Below, one piece after another: positions 23,091-35,300 of a stretch of 64,000 nt of DNA. The stretch is from the NCBI GenBank assembly GCA_051546255.1, contig CP128818.1, positions 682,001 through 746,000 on the forward strand. Direction: 5' to 3'. Each line of letters begins with the position of its first letter. Positions within the stretch are counted from its first letter, which is position 1. The notes under the pieces are model-generated. The model ran no database searches and had not been told where the DNA came from. It saw only the letters and a list, made by a program, of their open reading frames with translations. A program made the position numbers and the translations under genes. This DNA is from Meyerozyma guilliermondii (taxonomy: Eukaryota).

Positions 23091-25703
23091 ATGGAGCTGC
23101 AACGGTTCAAGCGCAACTATAAAGCATGTCTCAATTGCCGTCTACGCAAAGTTAAGTGTGACCTCGGGTCTGTGGATAATCCTCGTGAGGGAAAATGTGC
23201 CAGATGTCTTCGAGAACGAAAAGATTGTGTTTTTGTGGAATCTCGTCGTGGAGGGTCTGGTACGAGACAAGGTTCAAGTGGTCATAAAAGTCGTAGTAAC
23301 TCGCTCACGAATGTTCACTCAGGTGGTTATAGTGGTGGTAATAATAGTGACCAAGAACTGGGGCCATATGGAGAAGAAAGTGCTCCTAATGGTCCCGCTG
23401 ATCTGAAACCAAATCAGGCAGAATCAAGTAGTCATTTTTCCACCATGGAAGGAGCACTTGTATTTTTAGCACAGGCTGCTGGAACGATTGCCAAAGCGGA
23501 CGAGCGAGATAATATCGATGGAGTAACAAAACATCGGCAAATTGAGGCTGGTATAGACAAACAAGAAACTGGATCTGGAGATAATTCTGCTCCCGAATCA
23601 GGAACTGAATCTGTGCCGTTGGCTGCCTCGCTTTCAAATATCCTAAACAACCCAACTCGGCCCCCAGGAGCTCCGGGAATGGCAGAATTGGCAATGGCTC
23701 TGACTCGTCCAAGACTCACTGTTCCTGCAGCAGATGGAGTTTATCTGGCTAGACCTCAGGCTTCTAGGTACCTTTCCAACATTGAGTACATAGGACCAGA
23801 TGGGCTATTGAGTGAACAGGAAGCAGAGATGTTGGTAAATCTTTTCTTTACCACGATCCACCCATTCTTTCCTCACGTTCCCAAATTTCTCCATTCGCCA
23901 AAAACACTTTCTGGGTACCCAATTCTCTTGTGTGCCATTTTGACCATTGCCTCGAGGTACTACAGTCTTGAGCCCAAACATGGAACTCTGGATGAGAAAT
24001 CTCAGGCCAGAAATATCGAATTGCACGATAGACTATGGCTCTACGTTCAGCGACTTATCTCGCAAACTGTATGGGCAGAAGCATCCACGAGGTCTATTGG
24101 AACAATCTTTGCGTTCTTACTATTCACCGAGTGGAATCCCAGAGCCATTCATTGGCGGTGGTCGGACTATGCCAATCGAGCCGATGATCCTGACCAAGAT
24201 AGTGCTGCTGATACAAACTCTAACGATGTCAACTTGGCAGGTTTAGGAGCCATGAGAAGAAGCTACCGAATGGCATGGATGCTTATCGGCTCTGCTGTGA
24301 GATTGGCTCAAGATATGGGGTTCATGGAGGTGAGTGCCAAGACGTTTCTCGCTACTCATATTGCCGAAATCAATTCGGTGATGAACATTTCTCGAAGATC
24401 CATGTTGGCTCATTCGTTGTCAGAAGTTGATTTGGACGAAGATGACGCCACTGAAGAGGAAATGGACGACGAAGATGAAGATTACAAGATCCTCAATATG
24501 AGTGAGGAAGAGATCAAGAGACTCTCGGCGGAAAGTTCACTAAAATTCACCAGAAATCAAAAGGCCAAAATTGAGCTTTTACAGATCATGTCGTTGGGCC
24601 ATGAGTCTCTTTACGGCTACAAGGCTCAGCTTGGTGCCCTCTCTCAGCGCCAAAATCTTGCAGTGTTGAATATCATCTCACCACTTCTCAACAGTTGGGT
24701 CCGCAAGTATCGTGAGTTTTTGGTCCCTTCCAATGCAAAGTTACTTCACAATTCTACCCAGGGCCAAAGCCAGTTTTTAAACCCCAACTCAAAGCTTTCT
24801 AAAGAGGTTTCTGAGGCCATTGATAGAGAGTCGTTTATATTCGAGTTCCATTATGCTCGACTCTACATTTACTCTTTGGCACTCAGTCCGTCTCCAAAAA
24901 GCGAAGACGACAAGAAAGGGAAGAGAAAAAACAGAAAAGTCACTTTGAAACTAGATGAGCTTTCAAAGTCTGCAAAGTATATCGAGATGGCATTCACGTC
25001 AGCAAATGAAATGCTTTCAGCGGCTCATCGAATTCACAAATTAAAGCTACTTCGGTTCATGCCCGTTCGCTGGCTTACTCGAATCGTTAGAGCTGTTGCT
25101 TTTATTGTGAAATGCTATTTGACTATCACAGCTCACAAAAGATCATCGATTAGTGGAGCTGCTAATACAGAATTTGATTCCACAATTTTGTCGCTATCCA
25201 TGATCTCCGTCGATGAAATCATGCAAAGCATTCAGAAAGCAGCCATCACCCTTCGTGATTGTTCTCCAGATGAACTTCATTTGTGTACCCGCTACTCAAC
25301 GGTTCTCATGTACCTATGCTCAGAAATGAAGACAAAGGCTAAAATGTTCTCGTCGATGGAGGAGGACGAGTTTCCCGCTCCCAAGCGAAGAAGACCAAAT
25401 ATGTCCTTTTCTGGTCCATCTTCAAGAAATGATGTGTTTGGACATGTTCCATACTTGCAAACAAACAGTGATCCCGTCACTCCCATGGGCTCGTCGCGGG
25501 TCAACTTGCCCGACGCTGCAGAAGAAGCGGGAACGAGAGAAGACTCTCCTTACCAAAATCTCGTTGGTGACAGTGAGGTGATGGAATGGTTTATGAATAA
25601 CCGTGATATTGGGTTGGACTTTGTGGGTCCTTGGACGGAAATGATAGAACAACAACTCGCTACCAACGAGTTCAATTTCGACCAGGCCCTAGACGGTTCT
25701 TGA
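23091..25703 (+). CDS. ARO80: Zn2Cys6 activator of aromatic amino-acid catabolism
   Basis: ACLNCRLRKVKCDLGSVDNP...CARC; TVWAEASTRSIGT, FTEWNPRAIHW, LRFMPVRW..RIVRA and SPDELHL match Aro80. Confidence 0.88.
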   Translation: MELQRFKRNYKACLNCRLRKVKCDLGSVDNPREGKCARCLRERKDCVFVESRRGGSGTRQGSSGHKSRSNSLTNVHSGGYSGGNNSDQELGPYGEESAPNGPADLKPNQAESSSHFSTMEGALVFLAQAAGTIAKADERDNIDGVTKHRQIEAGIDKQETGSGDNSAPESGTESVPLAASLSNILNNPTRPPGAPGMAELAMALTRPRLTVPAADGVYLARPQASRYLSNIEYIGPDGLLSEQEAEMLVNLFFTTIHPFFPHVPKFLHSPKTLSGYPILLCAILTIASRYYSLEPKHGTLDEKSQARNIELHDRLWLYVQRLISQTVWAEASTRSIGTIFAFLLFTEWNPRAIHWRWSDYANRADDPDQDSAADTNSNDVNLAGLGAMRRSYRMAWMLIGSAVRLAQDMGFMEVSAKTFLATHIAEINSVMNISRRSMLAHSLSEVDLDEDDATEEEMDDEDEDYKILNMSEEEIKRLSAESSLKFTRNQKAKIELLQIMSLGHESLYGYKAQLGALSQRQNLAVLNIISPLLNSWVRKYREFLVPSNAKLLHNSTQGQSQFLNPNSKLSKEVSEAIDRESFIFEFHYARLYIYSLALSPSPKSEDDKKGKRKNRKVTLKLDELSKSAKYIEMAFTSANEMLSAAHRIHKLKLLRFMPVRWLTRIVRAVAFIVKCYLTITAHKRSSISGAANTEFDSTILSLSMISVDEIMQSIQKAAITLRDCSPDELHLCTRYSTVLMYLCSEMKTKAKMFSSMEEDEFPAPKRRRPNMSFSGPSSRNDVFGHVPYLQTNSDPVTPMGSSRVNLPDAAEEAGTREDSPYQNLVGDSEVMEWFMNNRDIGLDFVGPWTEMIEQQLATNEFNFDQALDGS

Positions 25704-25707
25704 ATGC

Positions 25708-27792
25708 TCACTGTTTTCTCAAATACTTTCTGGTTCTTTCGGTTCCGTATATGCTGATGGGAAGACCTCTGAAGTTGTCCCATGCTTGGATCTTACTTAT
25801 GACGTCGCAAATGAGTTCCTGGGTATTTTCGCTGAGATTTTTCATGGACGGATTAGCAAGTTCTCCTTCAGCATCAAAAAGATTCATCTCAATGAACCCT
25901 TTTCCACCTTCTTTCTGATAGCATCTTGAAACACTTGAACTGAAAGAATTGTAATAGGGTAAATCGGAAAAGGTGTTGATTTCCTTAACGGTCACATAAT
26001 CCTGGATTTGAGCTTCTAAATTGAGTTCAAAGTCCACCTCGTCAATCTTTGTCAATATTTGGTTCACAACAAAAAGTTTGTTCATGCAATTCTGAGCGTT
26101 CACATTACCCTGAGATGCCATGAACTTGAGCAAAGCTATGCCAGCATCAAGTAATTCAAATCGACGTCCAGTAAATGCTGCCATTATATGGATAAGAATC
26201 GCTGAAAATAGATGCTGACTGTCAAAGAAACCCAGAAGAAATAGTCTGTTATATTCGTACAACCTCAAGAGCAATTCGGTGGTAGCACTGGCTGCTTCAA
26301 TGCCTTTGGAAATGGCTGTTTCAACTTGCTTGGGGTTCTCGATTATGCTTGAGGACTGGCTATTGAACACTAGTGAAAGCAATGGTCTGGTGATCAAGAT
26401 CAAGAGCTGGTGGTAACGCAAGAATAAATTGGCTACCACCCGTCCAGCCTTTTGAATCAAGTTGGCATTACGGTACTGTTCCAAAATAAGTTCTTCAAAA
26501 TTTGTCAAAAGCTCATTTAGACATCCCGTAATGTTCTTGATGAGTAGACTCTGATTGAATTTGTCGGTGTTGATATAGTTCAAGGAAAAAGTTCGAATAT
26601 TGGGCCCGTAAATGAGACGAATGTACTTCGCCACATACTTGGCCAAATGAACGTTATTTTCAAGGATCACTCTATCAAATGGATCACCAATATCAAAAGT
26701 GTTTTCGCAAGGGAGGTCGACATCGGTATCGGTATAATCAAGATGTACGGGCATATTCATTTTGGCAGCCCAACCCACATCGATGACAAAAACAGTCCAC
26801 CACAAGAGCTTTGTCTTTTCTTCACGAATTCTATAAACTTTATACTCTTCAGGATCCAATTCCGCTGGCCGTTCCTGTTGTCTGTGGTATCCATTAGCAA
26901 TTGCTGAACGAACGGCAACTGCAAAATAATTATAGACTGTATTGTACCGATTCAAATTTGCCAAGTAGAGTGCTAAGAGCAATGCACTTTGAATGAATTG
27001 CAAGTCCACTATTTCGTGATTGAGTGGAAAAAGCGACGATGCTAATAAATAATTACGCATTCCTGGAACGGTGTGAGCGATGTCATTGGGAGGGACATTA
27101 GTAGGAGGACGAACAATGTTGAGAAGTTGTTCACCAAAAGCCATGATAATGAAAAGATAACACAAGGAAACCTGGGAAGGTGGTTGAGGCAACGTTGGAG
27201 AGTTTTGACGGCGGGCGGTTTCAAGATCGGCATAGAATCGGTAGCAGGTATCGACAATGTTGAGTAGTACTGGTAAGTCCAATAAGTAGAATTCCGATGA
27301 GTATGTGCGGTATACGGTATCAATTAAGCTCAAAGTGTACTGTTGGGGAGGCATTTGATATTGCATGTAGTCATAATGACCAGAAGGGAATTTTTCATTT
27401 TGGTAATCGGGAATCAAGAAATTTTCTCCGAAAGAATTTGCCTCTTGATACGACAGAACCCCCGTCAACGGTGCTCTCTTTTGTATGGCACTTTCACTGG
27501 AATGCTTAAGACCATCAATGCTATTGGATATGCTGGAAGTGGCTTTTTTATCTTGTTTGAGAAGCATTTCAACTTGGTTGACTCGAGCATAAAGTCGATT
27601 CAAGTCACTTTCCATCACCACAACCTTACGATCCTTGGTAGGGTAGATGCATTCGCTCCCACGGTTCACTGTTTTGCAATTGGAGCATGCTGGACGTTCA
27701 CCGGAACATTTGATCTTGCTTATTTTGCATCGTGTACAAGCATAGTGACTCCGACCAAACACTTTGATTGGTTTTGGGCGATTTTCGCTCAT
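25708..27792 (-). CDS. Zn2Cys6 fungal transcription factor with middle homology region
   Basis: ACTRCKISKIKCSGERPACSNC...CIY, a coiled coil, and fungal_trans motifs AVRSAIANGYHR and LLWWTVFVID. Orthologue not recognised. Confidence 0.88.
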   Translation of the reverse strand: MSENRPKPIKVFGRSHYACTRCKISKIKCSGERPACSNCKTVNRGSECIYPTKDRKVVVMESDLNRLYARVNQVEMLLKQDKKATSSISNSIDGLKHSSESAIQKRAPLTGVLSYQEANSFGENFLIPDYQNEKFPSGHYDYMQYQMPPQQYTLSLIDTVYRTYSSEFYLLDLPVLLNIVDTCYRFYADLETARRQNSPTLPQPPSQVSLCYLFIIMAFGEQLLNIVRPPTNVPPNDIAHTVPGMRNYLLASSLFPLNHEIVDLQFIQSALLLALYLANLNRYNTVYNYFAVAVRSAIANGYHRQQERPAELDPEEYKVYRIREEKTKLLWWTVFVIDVGWAAKMNMPVHLDYTDTDVDLPCENTFDIGDPFDRVILENNVHLAKYVAKYIRLIYGPNIRTFSLNYINTDKFNQSLLIKNITGCLNELLTNFEELILEQYRNANLIQKAGRVVANLFLRYHQLLILITRPLLSLVFNSQSSSIIENPKQVETAISKGIEAASATTELLLRLYEYNRLFLLGFFDSQHLFSAILIHIMAAFTGRRFELLDAGIALLKFMASQGNVNAQNCMNKLFVVNQILTKIDEVDFELNLEAQIQDYVTVKEINTFSDLPYYNSFSSSVSRCYQKEGGKGFIEMNLFDAEGELANPSMKNLSENTQELICDVISKIQAWDNFRGLPISIYGTERTRKYLRKQ

Positions 27793-28680
27793 ATTTGATG
27801 TAGTTTAAACGAGGAAACCGGGATCCAAAGCGGGTTAAATTAAAGGAATGTAGTTATGAAAACCCGTGTTTTTGTGCCGAGGAAGTCGAGTCGAAACCAA
27901 TTTTTTCTGGCCTAGACGCTAGTATAATATGTTATGGGCACGGCTCCAAGTAGTTGGGGTGGGAAGATGGTATTTTGATGAGTTTCTGGCCCTTTTTACC
28001 TAGTGGACCATGCCTAGCAAGAAAAAGAAAACTTTATCTAGAGATTGATTCGAATGATCGGGTTGTGCATATAATTCAGGTCGCAACACCTGCGGTCCTG
28101 ATTCAGCCTTACGCTTCGAAATAAGCTTCCTAGCTGAAATTGGAATGTCGGTCAGGTGGAATTAGAGCGTATTGATTCTCCCATAAGCAAACCCAACACG
28201 ATAATGATTAGATAAGTAAAAGCCGTTTCTCGCTTATGCGCAGGAGGTGGATCTGTCATGTGAAAGCCTGGGTTGTGGTCTGATTGAACTGTGGTGGATT
28301 CGGTTGACCTCGGATGGTGGTTGCATAGCGTCTAAAGTGGAAGTTTTGGGGTTGGTGTGAGATTATGCAAAGTTCGCATACTGCGAGATCATGCACATGC
28401 TGGTGCGAGGACCCTGAATCAGATAATGAAGAACATGAATTATTGTAGAAAACATAGTTTATAGAAAACATAGAGTAAACCTAAAGGGCAGTTAGATTAT
28501 CAATGTACTGAGTAGGGCTAGCGTTGTTTCAGAATTTTTCAATTTTTCAGCATTTCCAGCATTTGAGCATTTTTCAACATTTTGCAGCTAATTCTCAGCT
28601 ACCTTCTTCAGCATTTTTCATCTACATTCTTCAGCTTTTTTTGACTTTCCTTTATTCCCAAACCAATCCTATAATACAAT

Positions 28681-29553
28681 CTATACGGAGAAAACCTCGA
28701 TTCTGGCAGATGCCTTGTTCTTGGCTGTAACTACACAGTAAGCAGCACCCTGCAGTTTGTCAGCACTTGAACCACTAACACTATTGTAACCGGTCTTGGA
28801 AGGATCTATTTCACAGTCCAATCCGTTACAGTCACCCTCGTTGTCACAGGTGATTCTAATACCAAAATTGGGCTTTTGACCATTGAAATCATCAATGTGC
28901 TTAGGGTTCCAACCAATCTTGACAAAAGTATTGCCGTTTTTGTCAGTGTTAGCACCAGCAACGTATGGAGCCCAGTTTCCAATTGGCTTGCTCTTTGTTC
29001 CCCAAACACATCCATCGTCGGTAGAAACACCTGGAGCGTTGATATAGTAATGAGCAGCAGTACCAGCCCAGTAGTCAGGACCTGGAACTGCAAGAGTAGT
29101 ATTACTCTTACCACTTTGAGCATTAGTTGGAATCAACATGGCTTCGTTACCTGGTAAAACGGTTTGGCAGAAAGCCACATCTTTGTTAGCTTTGTTGTTC
29201 ACCGACACAGTACCTTCACCATCGACACAATAGTCTTTATCGTCAAATGGCTTAGAAACGGTACCATCATTGTTACAGTATAATCCACCCTGTTCAGACA
29301 GTCCTGGAGTGTAAGAAGTAGCCTTTGGGTTCCATTGGGCCATAAGCTTACCAGAAGGACAAGCATATGGACAGTAAGAACCACTGGTACACTTTTGGTC
29401 GGGACTCAAAGCCCAACCTTGGTTACTGGCTCCAGAAATGCTCACCAAACCCTTACCTTCAGGCAACGAGCAGGTGTTGTCTCTCTTGTTCAAAGGAGCG
29501 GCATTGACAGCAAAAAAGAATGAATAAGCTGCGATAATAGTGGAATACTTCAT
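28681..29553 (-). CDS. secreted SUN-family (GH132) beta-glucosidase, Adg3/YMR244W-like subgroup
   Basis: Signal peptide MKYSTIIAA.., Kex2 site NKR, GWALSPDQKC..YCPYACPSG, GGLYC, FCQTVLPGNEAM, GNWAPYVAG. No long Ser/Thr linker. ATG at 29553. Confidence 0.88.
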   Translation of the reverse strand: MKYSTIIAAYSFFFAVNAAPLNKRDNTCSLPEGKGLVSISGASNQGWALSPDQKCTSGSYCPYACPSGKLMAQWNPKATSYTPGLSEQGGLYCNNDGTVSKPFDDKDYCVDGEGTVSVNNKANKDVAFCQTVLPGNEAMLIPTNAQSGKSNTTLAVPGPDYWAGTAAHYYINAPGVSTDDGCVWGTKSKPIGNWAPYVAGANTDKNGNTFVKIGWNPKHIDDFNGQKPNFGIRITCDNEGDCNGLDCEIDPSKTGYNSVSGSSADKLQGAAYCVVTAKNKASARIEVFSV

Positions 29554-30580
29554 GTTGTAAGGAATGAGTTTGCTAGATGACAAAAGAATGAAATCAAATA
29601 GCTAAGATAATGAATGGATTATACTGGTCGGTTTAACATCGAACCCCAGGATTGGCTTGGTCTTATATAGCCATCCACATCTGAAAAAATACTACCCTTC
29701 TCCAGGTCTAGATTTGCTGCAAAGTTTGATTGAATAAAAAAATCACTTTCATTACCCGATCCGTCAAAGTGCATGCGTTGACAACGGCGCGGCGACAGGT
29801 GTGAAAAACGAGAAGTTGAAATCCGAAAAAAGTCGGTGAAAAGAGCTCCCGATAAACAGCCGTCGAACGTCCTCGAGTATCAAGAGTCACTTGTTCATAT
29901 TGTCAAACAACAGCCACTTTCGTGGCATTCTTCTTGTTTTTTTACAGTTTGACACTTTCACCAAAGCGGAAGTCCAGGCGAGCATATGCACGACACGCAT
30001 ATGCGCACATGAGATCTCGGGGACAGGAGCACTTCGGTTAAAATACAAAGGGGACATCAATAGCCGGTTGCGGGCACAACCAGTTCGATTACGTCTCGCT
30101 TTGAGTCGTATATTTTCGCCAAACAAAAGAAAATTTGATCTCCACCCTATTTAGCCTCCATGAGATTTTGCGCTAGCAACAAGTTTTCTGGAAGCTAAGA
30201 TCAAAATATAGCATATTGCCACCATTTGCGACACTTTAGGTGGCAATACCTTTGCCACAGCCACTTCTTTAACTTTGGGTCGACCGTGCTCTTGGTCCCG
30301 AATCTAGACCTTCTCGTACACAGGCCGTGAAAAATTCAATGCGGCGTTGCCTATTGTACGCAGTCCGGCTTTAAACTTTGGACCACCTGCCCAAAATGGA
30401 AGCGACAAAAGGGGATAATCCCATGTGGTAGTAGTATCCTTTTGTGGTAGTAGCCCCTATGTAGTATTTCCCAAAGCGTAAATTGCTGCCGGTTCCGGCG
30501 TTAGGAACTGGTTTCAGGTTTCGGCCTTTGGCTTATCTGCAGTACCTCATCACTAAGATTTCGGGTCTCACCGACAGAGT

Positions 30581-30901
30581 ATGGACCTCGCACATCAAGT
30601 GAAAACCAACCTCGAGCACTACCATTTATGGACGCAGGTTACGATCCGAGAAATATTATGTAATGGGGCCCAGACTGCGGTAGTGCAAGGAATACCCCCG
30701 GAAGTGACCTCGGAACTGATTGAATGGATTATTCCGGTCGATTCAAAGGGACATCTTGAAACCGAGCAATTTGGGCTGTGGTTTTCTGGAATCGAGACAT
30801 TGCTGCACAGGCCCAAAAGAGTCATTGTAGCCATTGTAAGTGATGACTCGAGTGTAGTGTATTATTACGTACATGATGGGATTACAGCTCCCAGTAATTG
30901 A
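30581..30901 (+). CDS. SEN15: tRNA-splicing endonuclease subunit Sen15
   Basis: NLEHYHLW, EWIIPV and the C-terminal signature KRVIVAIVSDDSSVVYYYVHDG. Confidence 0.85.
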   Translation: MDLAHQVKTNLEHYHLWTQVTIREILCNGAQTAVVQGIPPEVTSELIEWIIPVDSKGHLETEQFGLWFSGIETLLHRPKRVIVAIVSDDSSVVYYYVHDGITAPSN

Positions 30902-30906
30902 TGAAA

Positions 30907-32172
30907 TTATACGGTAGACAGTTCGTCGGTGACGTAACCGGAATATCTTGTTGCAGCCAAACTGGCATTGGAGCTTATGGCGAGTCTGTTTCTCACCACC
31001 GATCGGTGACTCGATGTTTTGCTTATGGGAGCATTGTTTACCGACTCGCTTTCACTGCCATAATAATGTTTCACTTTGAGCGAATAAGTGTCTTCGTCGC
31101 TTTCAACTCCGTCAAAGTAGGTTTCTAAATGCTTAGGATTGGGTTCGGAAGTTGGAATATCAATGAAAGATGAGTCTTGGGCGCTCATGGGTGGTGGTTC
31201 GTGGTTTGGACTATGTTCGTTGACATGATGGAATAAGGTTCCAAACTTGTTGAATTCAACCATGAATTCAAAAAGATCCTGTTCATTAATGAGTTGACGT
31301 CCAAATTTCATTTTTTCGTAGAGTTTGATCAACTTTTCTATTTCCGGAAGATGTTCTGGAAGAATCGTAGGATCATTTGCATAGTGATCGTATAAATAAA
31401 TAAAGATCTCTCGCATTGAGTAATTGGGTGGATAATCGAATCGATGAATAAACGTTGAATTTTCTCGAAACTTGTCGCCCAAGCTTCGAATCACATCTTC
31501 ATAACACGACTCAGGAGGAAAGTATGTTCCTGCCAGCGTTGGTCCAAATCTATCGGCATTTCTTTCTTGAACGTAAACTGGCGGTGACAAGCCAGGGTGA
31601 TTTATGACAGAGTCACAGTACATAGGTCCAGCCTTTACCTTTACAACCGTCACACAATGCTTTAGTTTCTTGTTTATCATCGCCACAGCACTCTTGGGAA
31701 GGTCTCCCTCGCCAGGAATGTACATTGATCTCGTGGGAATGTCATTTAATGCCATTCTGTGCTGGAAAATCCGCAGAAAATACATCACAATGGCCACTAC
31801 AAGAAACACAACACACACGATGATCACAATAAAGAGCTTGATTCCCGGTGACGATGCTCCAGACGTTTGTGCAATGACATCTATGGGAGTTGGGGATGCC
31901 AAACCAAGAAGAAGAATCGTCAAAATGAACAAAGAGATGGAATATATCCATCGAAACACTCGTCGGTGCAAGCCAAACGTTATAAACCGGGACGAGTCGA
32001 CATTAGGGGTATATGTGGAGTATGTGGCACTATAATTGATGGGATTAGGAGCAGGATCGTCTATAGTTGTGGGATTGATATCTGAAGAAATGGATATTTC
32101 TGAAGGTACGGAAAGTTCATCATCATCATAAGTTGACCCGGAGGTTCTCTCGAAACGCGCTCGTCGGCTCAT
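30907..32172 (-). CDS. DLT1: Dlt1-family membrane protein (defect at low temperature)
   Basis: Two N-proximal TM helices around TPIDVIAQ, then ALNDIP..YIP..GDLPK and INHPGLSPP. Confidence 0.72.
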   Translation of the reverse strand: MSRRARFERTSGSTYDDDELSVPSEISISSDINPTTIDDPAPNPINYSATYSTYTPNVDSSRFITFGLHRRVFRWIYSISLFILTILLLGLASPTPIDVIAQTSGASSPGIKLFIVIIVCVVFLVVAIVMYFLRIFQHRMALNDIPTRSMYIPGEGDLPKSAVAMINKKLKHCVTVVKVKAGPMYCDSVINHPGLSPPVYVQERNADRFGPTLAGTYFPPESCYEDVIRSLGDKFRENSTFIHRFDYPPNYSMREIFIYLYDHYANDPTILPEHLPEIEKLIKLYEKMKFGRQLINEQDLFEFMVEFNKFGTLFHHVNEHSPNHEPPPMSAQDSSFIDIPTSEPNPKHLETYFDGVESDEDTYSLKVKHYYGSESESVNNAPISKTSSHRSVVRNRLAISSNASLAATRYSGYVTDELSTV

Positions 32173-32335
32173 GTTTTGTTTGTAATGGTTTCTGGTGCTA
32201 TATCATCAACCTCTAAAGTGTTTGTGGCTTGTCGTTTATCATGATTTTGCTGCGGTGCTATCGGTGCACTGGGTGTCAAACCATGCTACTATGAGACTAT
32301 ACACTTTATACCGTTTATTGTTCGTTAGTCGTATG

Positions 32336-35300
32336 CTATTCCTCGCCAGACTTCAGATCAGGATGCTCCGGCTGGCTGGGAGATGGTTTTCTGTTCTTGA
32401 GCATTTGGAGCTGGGAGCGTTCTTGAGGCGTCAAATTTGCGACCTGAGGCTGCTGTTTGCGAAGCTGAACTTGAGATTGAGGTTGTTGCTGTTGCTGTGG
32501 TTGTTGTTGTTGTTGTTGTTGTTGCTGGTTGATACGGCTCTGTTGCTGCTGCTGGATGTTAGCCAAATAGGTGGCTGCAAGTTTCGTGACTTGTTCCTTC
32601 GTCAAGTTTGGATTCTTGTTCTGGATCGAGTTGATGATGGCAGACACCTGGGCTGGAGCAAAATGAATCCGGGATTTGGAATTGTTATTTGAAGGTTGAA
32701 CTTGGTTATATCTGAGATTGGGGCTTGCGACTTGTCCCATTTGTGGAGATTTAGCCTGGGTTCCTGGAACCATTGGCGGGCTGCTGCTGCTGGGCCCTTG
32801 TCCACCTGCAAGATTTACACTCCGGTTCATTTGCGGACTGTTACCTGAGTTCAACGCTTGGCTCATCTGGTTGAGTTGCTGAGTTGGGCCCTGATTGCCG
32901 GGATTCATTCCTTGGCCGAGTTGACCAGCTTGGTTTTGTCTGCGCTTCAAAAGAATCTGCTGGATTTGCTCGGTAGTATAAGGTGTACCATTGGGAGAAG
33001 TAGGGCGTTTCATGGGCATTCCACGTTGCTGCGCCGGAACTTGGGGTCTTTGACCTTGAACCGGGTTTTGACCTGGAGCTTGAGGAGACGTTTGCAGTTG
33101 CATGGCGTTGGCACCGGGTGGTGGTTGACGTATTTGGCCCTGTGGAAGTGGGTTTGCTTGACCCAATTGAGCCTGGCGAGGCCCTAGTTGATTTCCTTGT
33201 GCTTGTGCTTGTACTTGTGGATCAGCTTCGCCAGCATTGGTCGCTCCGCCTTGTCTCTTCTGCTGCGCAACTGCCGCCATCATCCGCGAACGAGTGGCCT
33301 GTTGGTTAACATACGCTTCGTGGATCGACTTATCTCTCTCAAATTTAAGTTTCGAAAGTTCAAGTGGAGTGGGGATTCTGTCAGTGGGTCTCTTCTGGGT
33401 GGGTGTTCCAGTAGGAGTGGCAGTGGGTGTTGCTGAATTCACTTCATTTCGTTTCTTGTTCAACTTTGCAAGTGCAATCTCTCGTTTACGCATACTCTTT
33501 CTCATGGCATCGAACATGGATGCCCATCTCAAACGTCTGTGGCCCCGTTGAATCGACTCGTTTCCTACACCTAAAGGAGAGATTCTCCTCTTGGTGGTCA
33601 GTTGGGCTCCGTGTGCATGTTCTAGCCACTTTTGTGCGTGATGTGCGTACATACCTTTCATGTCAGAAAACTGGAATTTTTCATTCAATTGGATGTACCT
33701 TTCAAAGCATTGCCATGGTGTTCGACGCTCAATGTTCGATTCGTAACGTTTGAGAGTAGCTGATGGTGACAGAAGATGCTCGGAAATCACCTCCCAATTG
33801 AAACAAAATTCCGCAACATAGTGTATCAAATGTTTGTCATCTTCAGGAAGCCAAATCGTCGGCAGCCTGTACTCGATATTTTTGATCAATGGAGGTTTCG
33901 GTGGTTTTAAAAAGTTGAAGCGGCGGTGAGCATTAATGCTGAAAAGCCCGCGTTGATATTCTGGAGGACCAGTGTTCTTAGTACGCTTTGTGCTCTCCTT
34001 AACCACAAGCTTGTACCACATATTGTCCTCCTCGAACGGATGTATGAGTCTAGATATTGGAACCATGGGCGAATCACGAGTGGTGAGAGGAGGCTTTGGA
34101 TGCTGGATTTCATCATTATCAAACCCATTGAACTTTGGCAAATGGGTGAAAATGGACTGCTCGAGTCGAGGAACCTCAGAAAAGTCCATGTTGAGGCGAA
34201 ATGGATAGCCTGATGAGATTGCGTCGCCGTGTTTCTGGGGTATGAACAATGGTCCTTGGGGTTCTTCAACTACTATAGGCTCAGATGTGCCACCATTCAA
34301 AGCCTGAGGATCCAATGTTGCAGTTTCTGTATTCATTTCACCGCCTTCATTGTTAGCGGGAGTTTCGTCCAAGACAATACCTGTAGCGGACACAGCTTGT
34401 TCAGTTTCATTTCCTGGAAGATTAACTGAAACGGATTCTTCTTTGATATTCACTTCTTGGTTAGCGACCTCAGATGGCAAAGATACAGCGTCTTTTCCTC
34501 CTGTAGGAGCAGGGAGGGGCAGTTGCTCGACTATTTCCTGAACGGGCGCTTCCTCAGGTGCAGCAGCTTCTAACTCAGAAACAGCCTCTGGCATCTCAGC
34601 GTCGTCATCCAAGTGCCTAATAGGTTTTGGTTGAATACAAACGTCCTTTCCGTAAGTCCAATAGTCCTTTATAGCCTGGGCTATCATGACGCAAGATGCT
34701 TTTTTGAACTTGGTGCCCTCGCGGAAATCAGTAGCCATCCACTTTCCTTCCATGATCAAAGTATCCCAGTGTGGTCTCACATCCTTCTTGAACGGATCGT
34801 CGAATTTACGAGGTTGACGCAACGACCACTTACCTTGTCTTTTTAATTCTTCAATTCGAGAGTACAACACTGCTATCTTTCCCTCCAACAATGCCAGTTC
34901 AAAGTTCTCCGTGAACAATGCTTTATGGCTTCCAGGAAGAAGCTTGATTAAGGGAAGCGTTTGAGTGAGATAGTAGAGTTCGGAAAGTGAAGACACTGCG
35001 TGCGGATGGGTGGGATAGTGTTCTGGAGCTATGATGATATCAAGGTCAGCAAGAGACTCGTTAGGAGGTTGCGCGTGTGGAACCACCACACCCAGGGCTT
35101 CCTTTTTGACGTAAACTTCTTCGTCAGGTATATTGATTTTGTGATGGACTTCTTCAAGCTCGCTGAACTTTCTCTTGTTAGATTCCGACAATACAATTGG
35201 CTCAGGTTTGGCATTTTGCGAGCTATCTCGATTGCTTTGTACCTCTGGATCTCTGTGTGTTTCTTCCTTGTCTGTAGTACTTGGTTCTGTTTTCTCTGAC

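Noticed and set aside
28524..28640. Repeated TTTCAGCATTT motif and a 68-aa ORF
   Set aside because: Low-complexity 3' flank of the SUN gene; the ORF starts at TTG and just translates the repeat.
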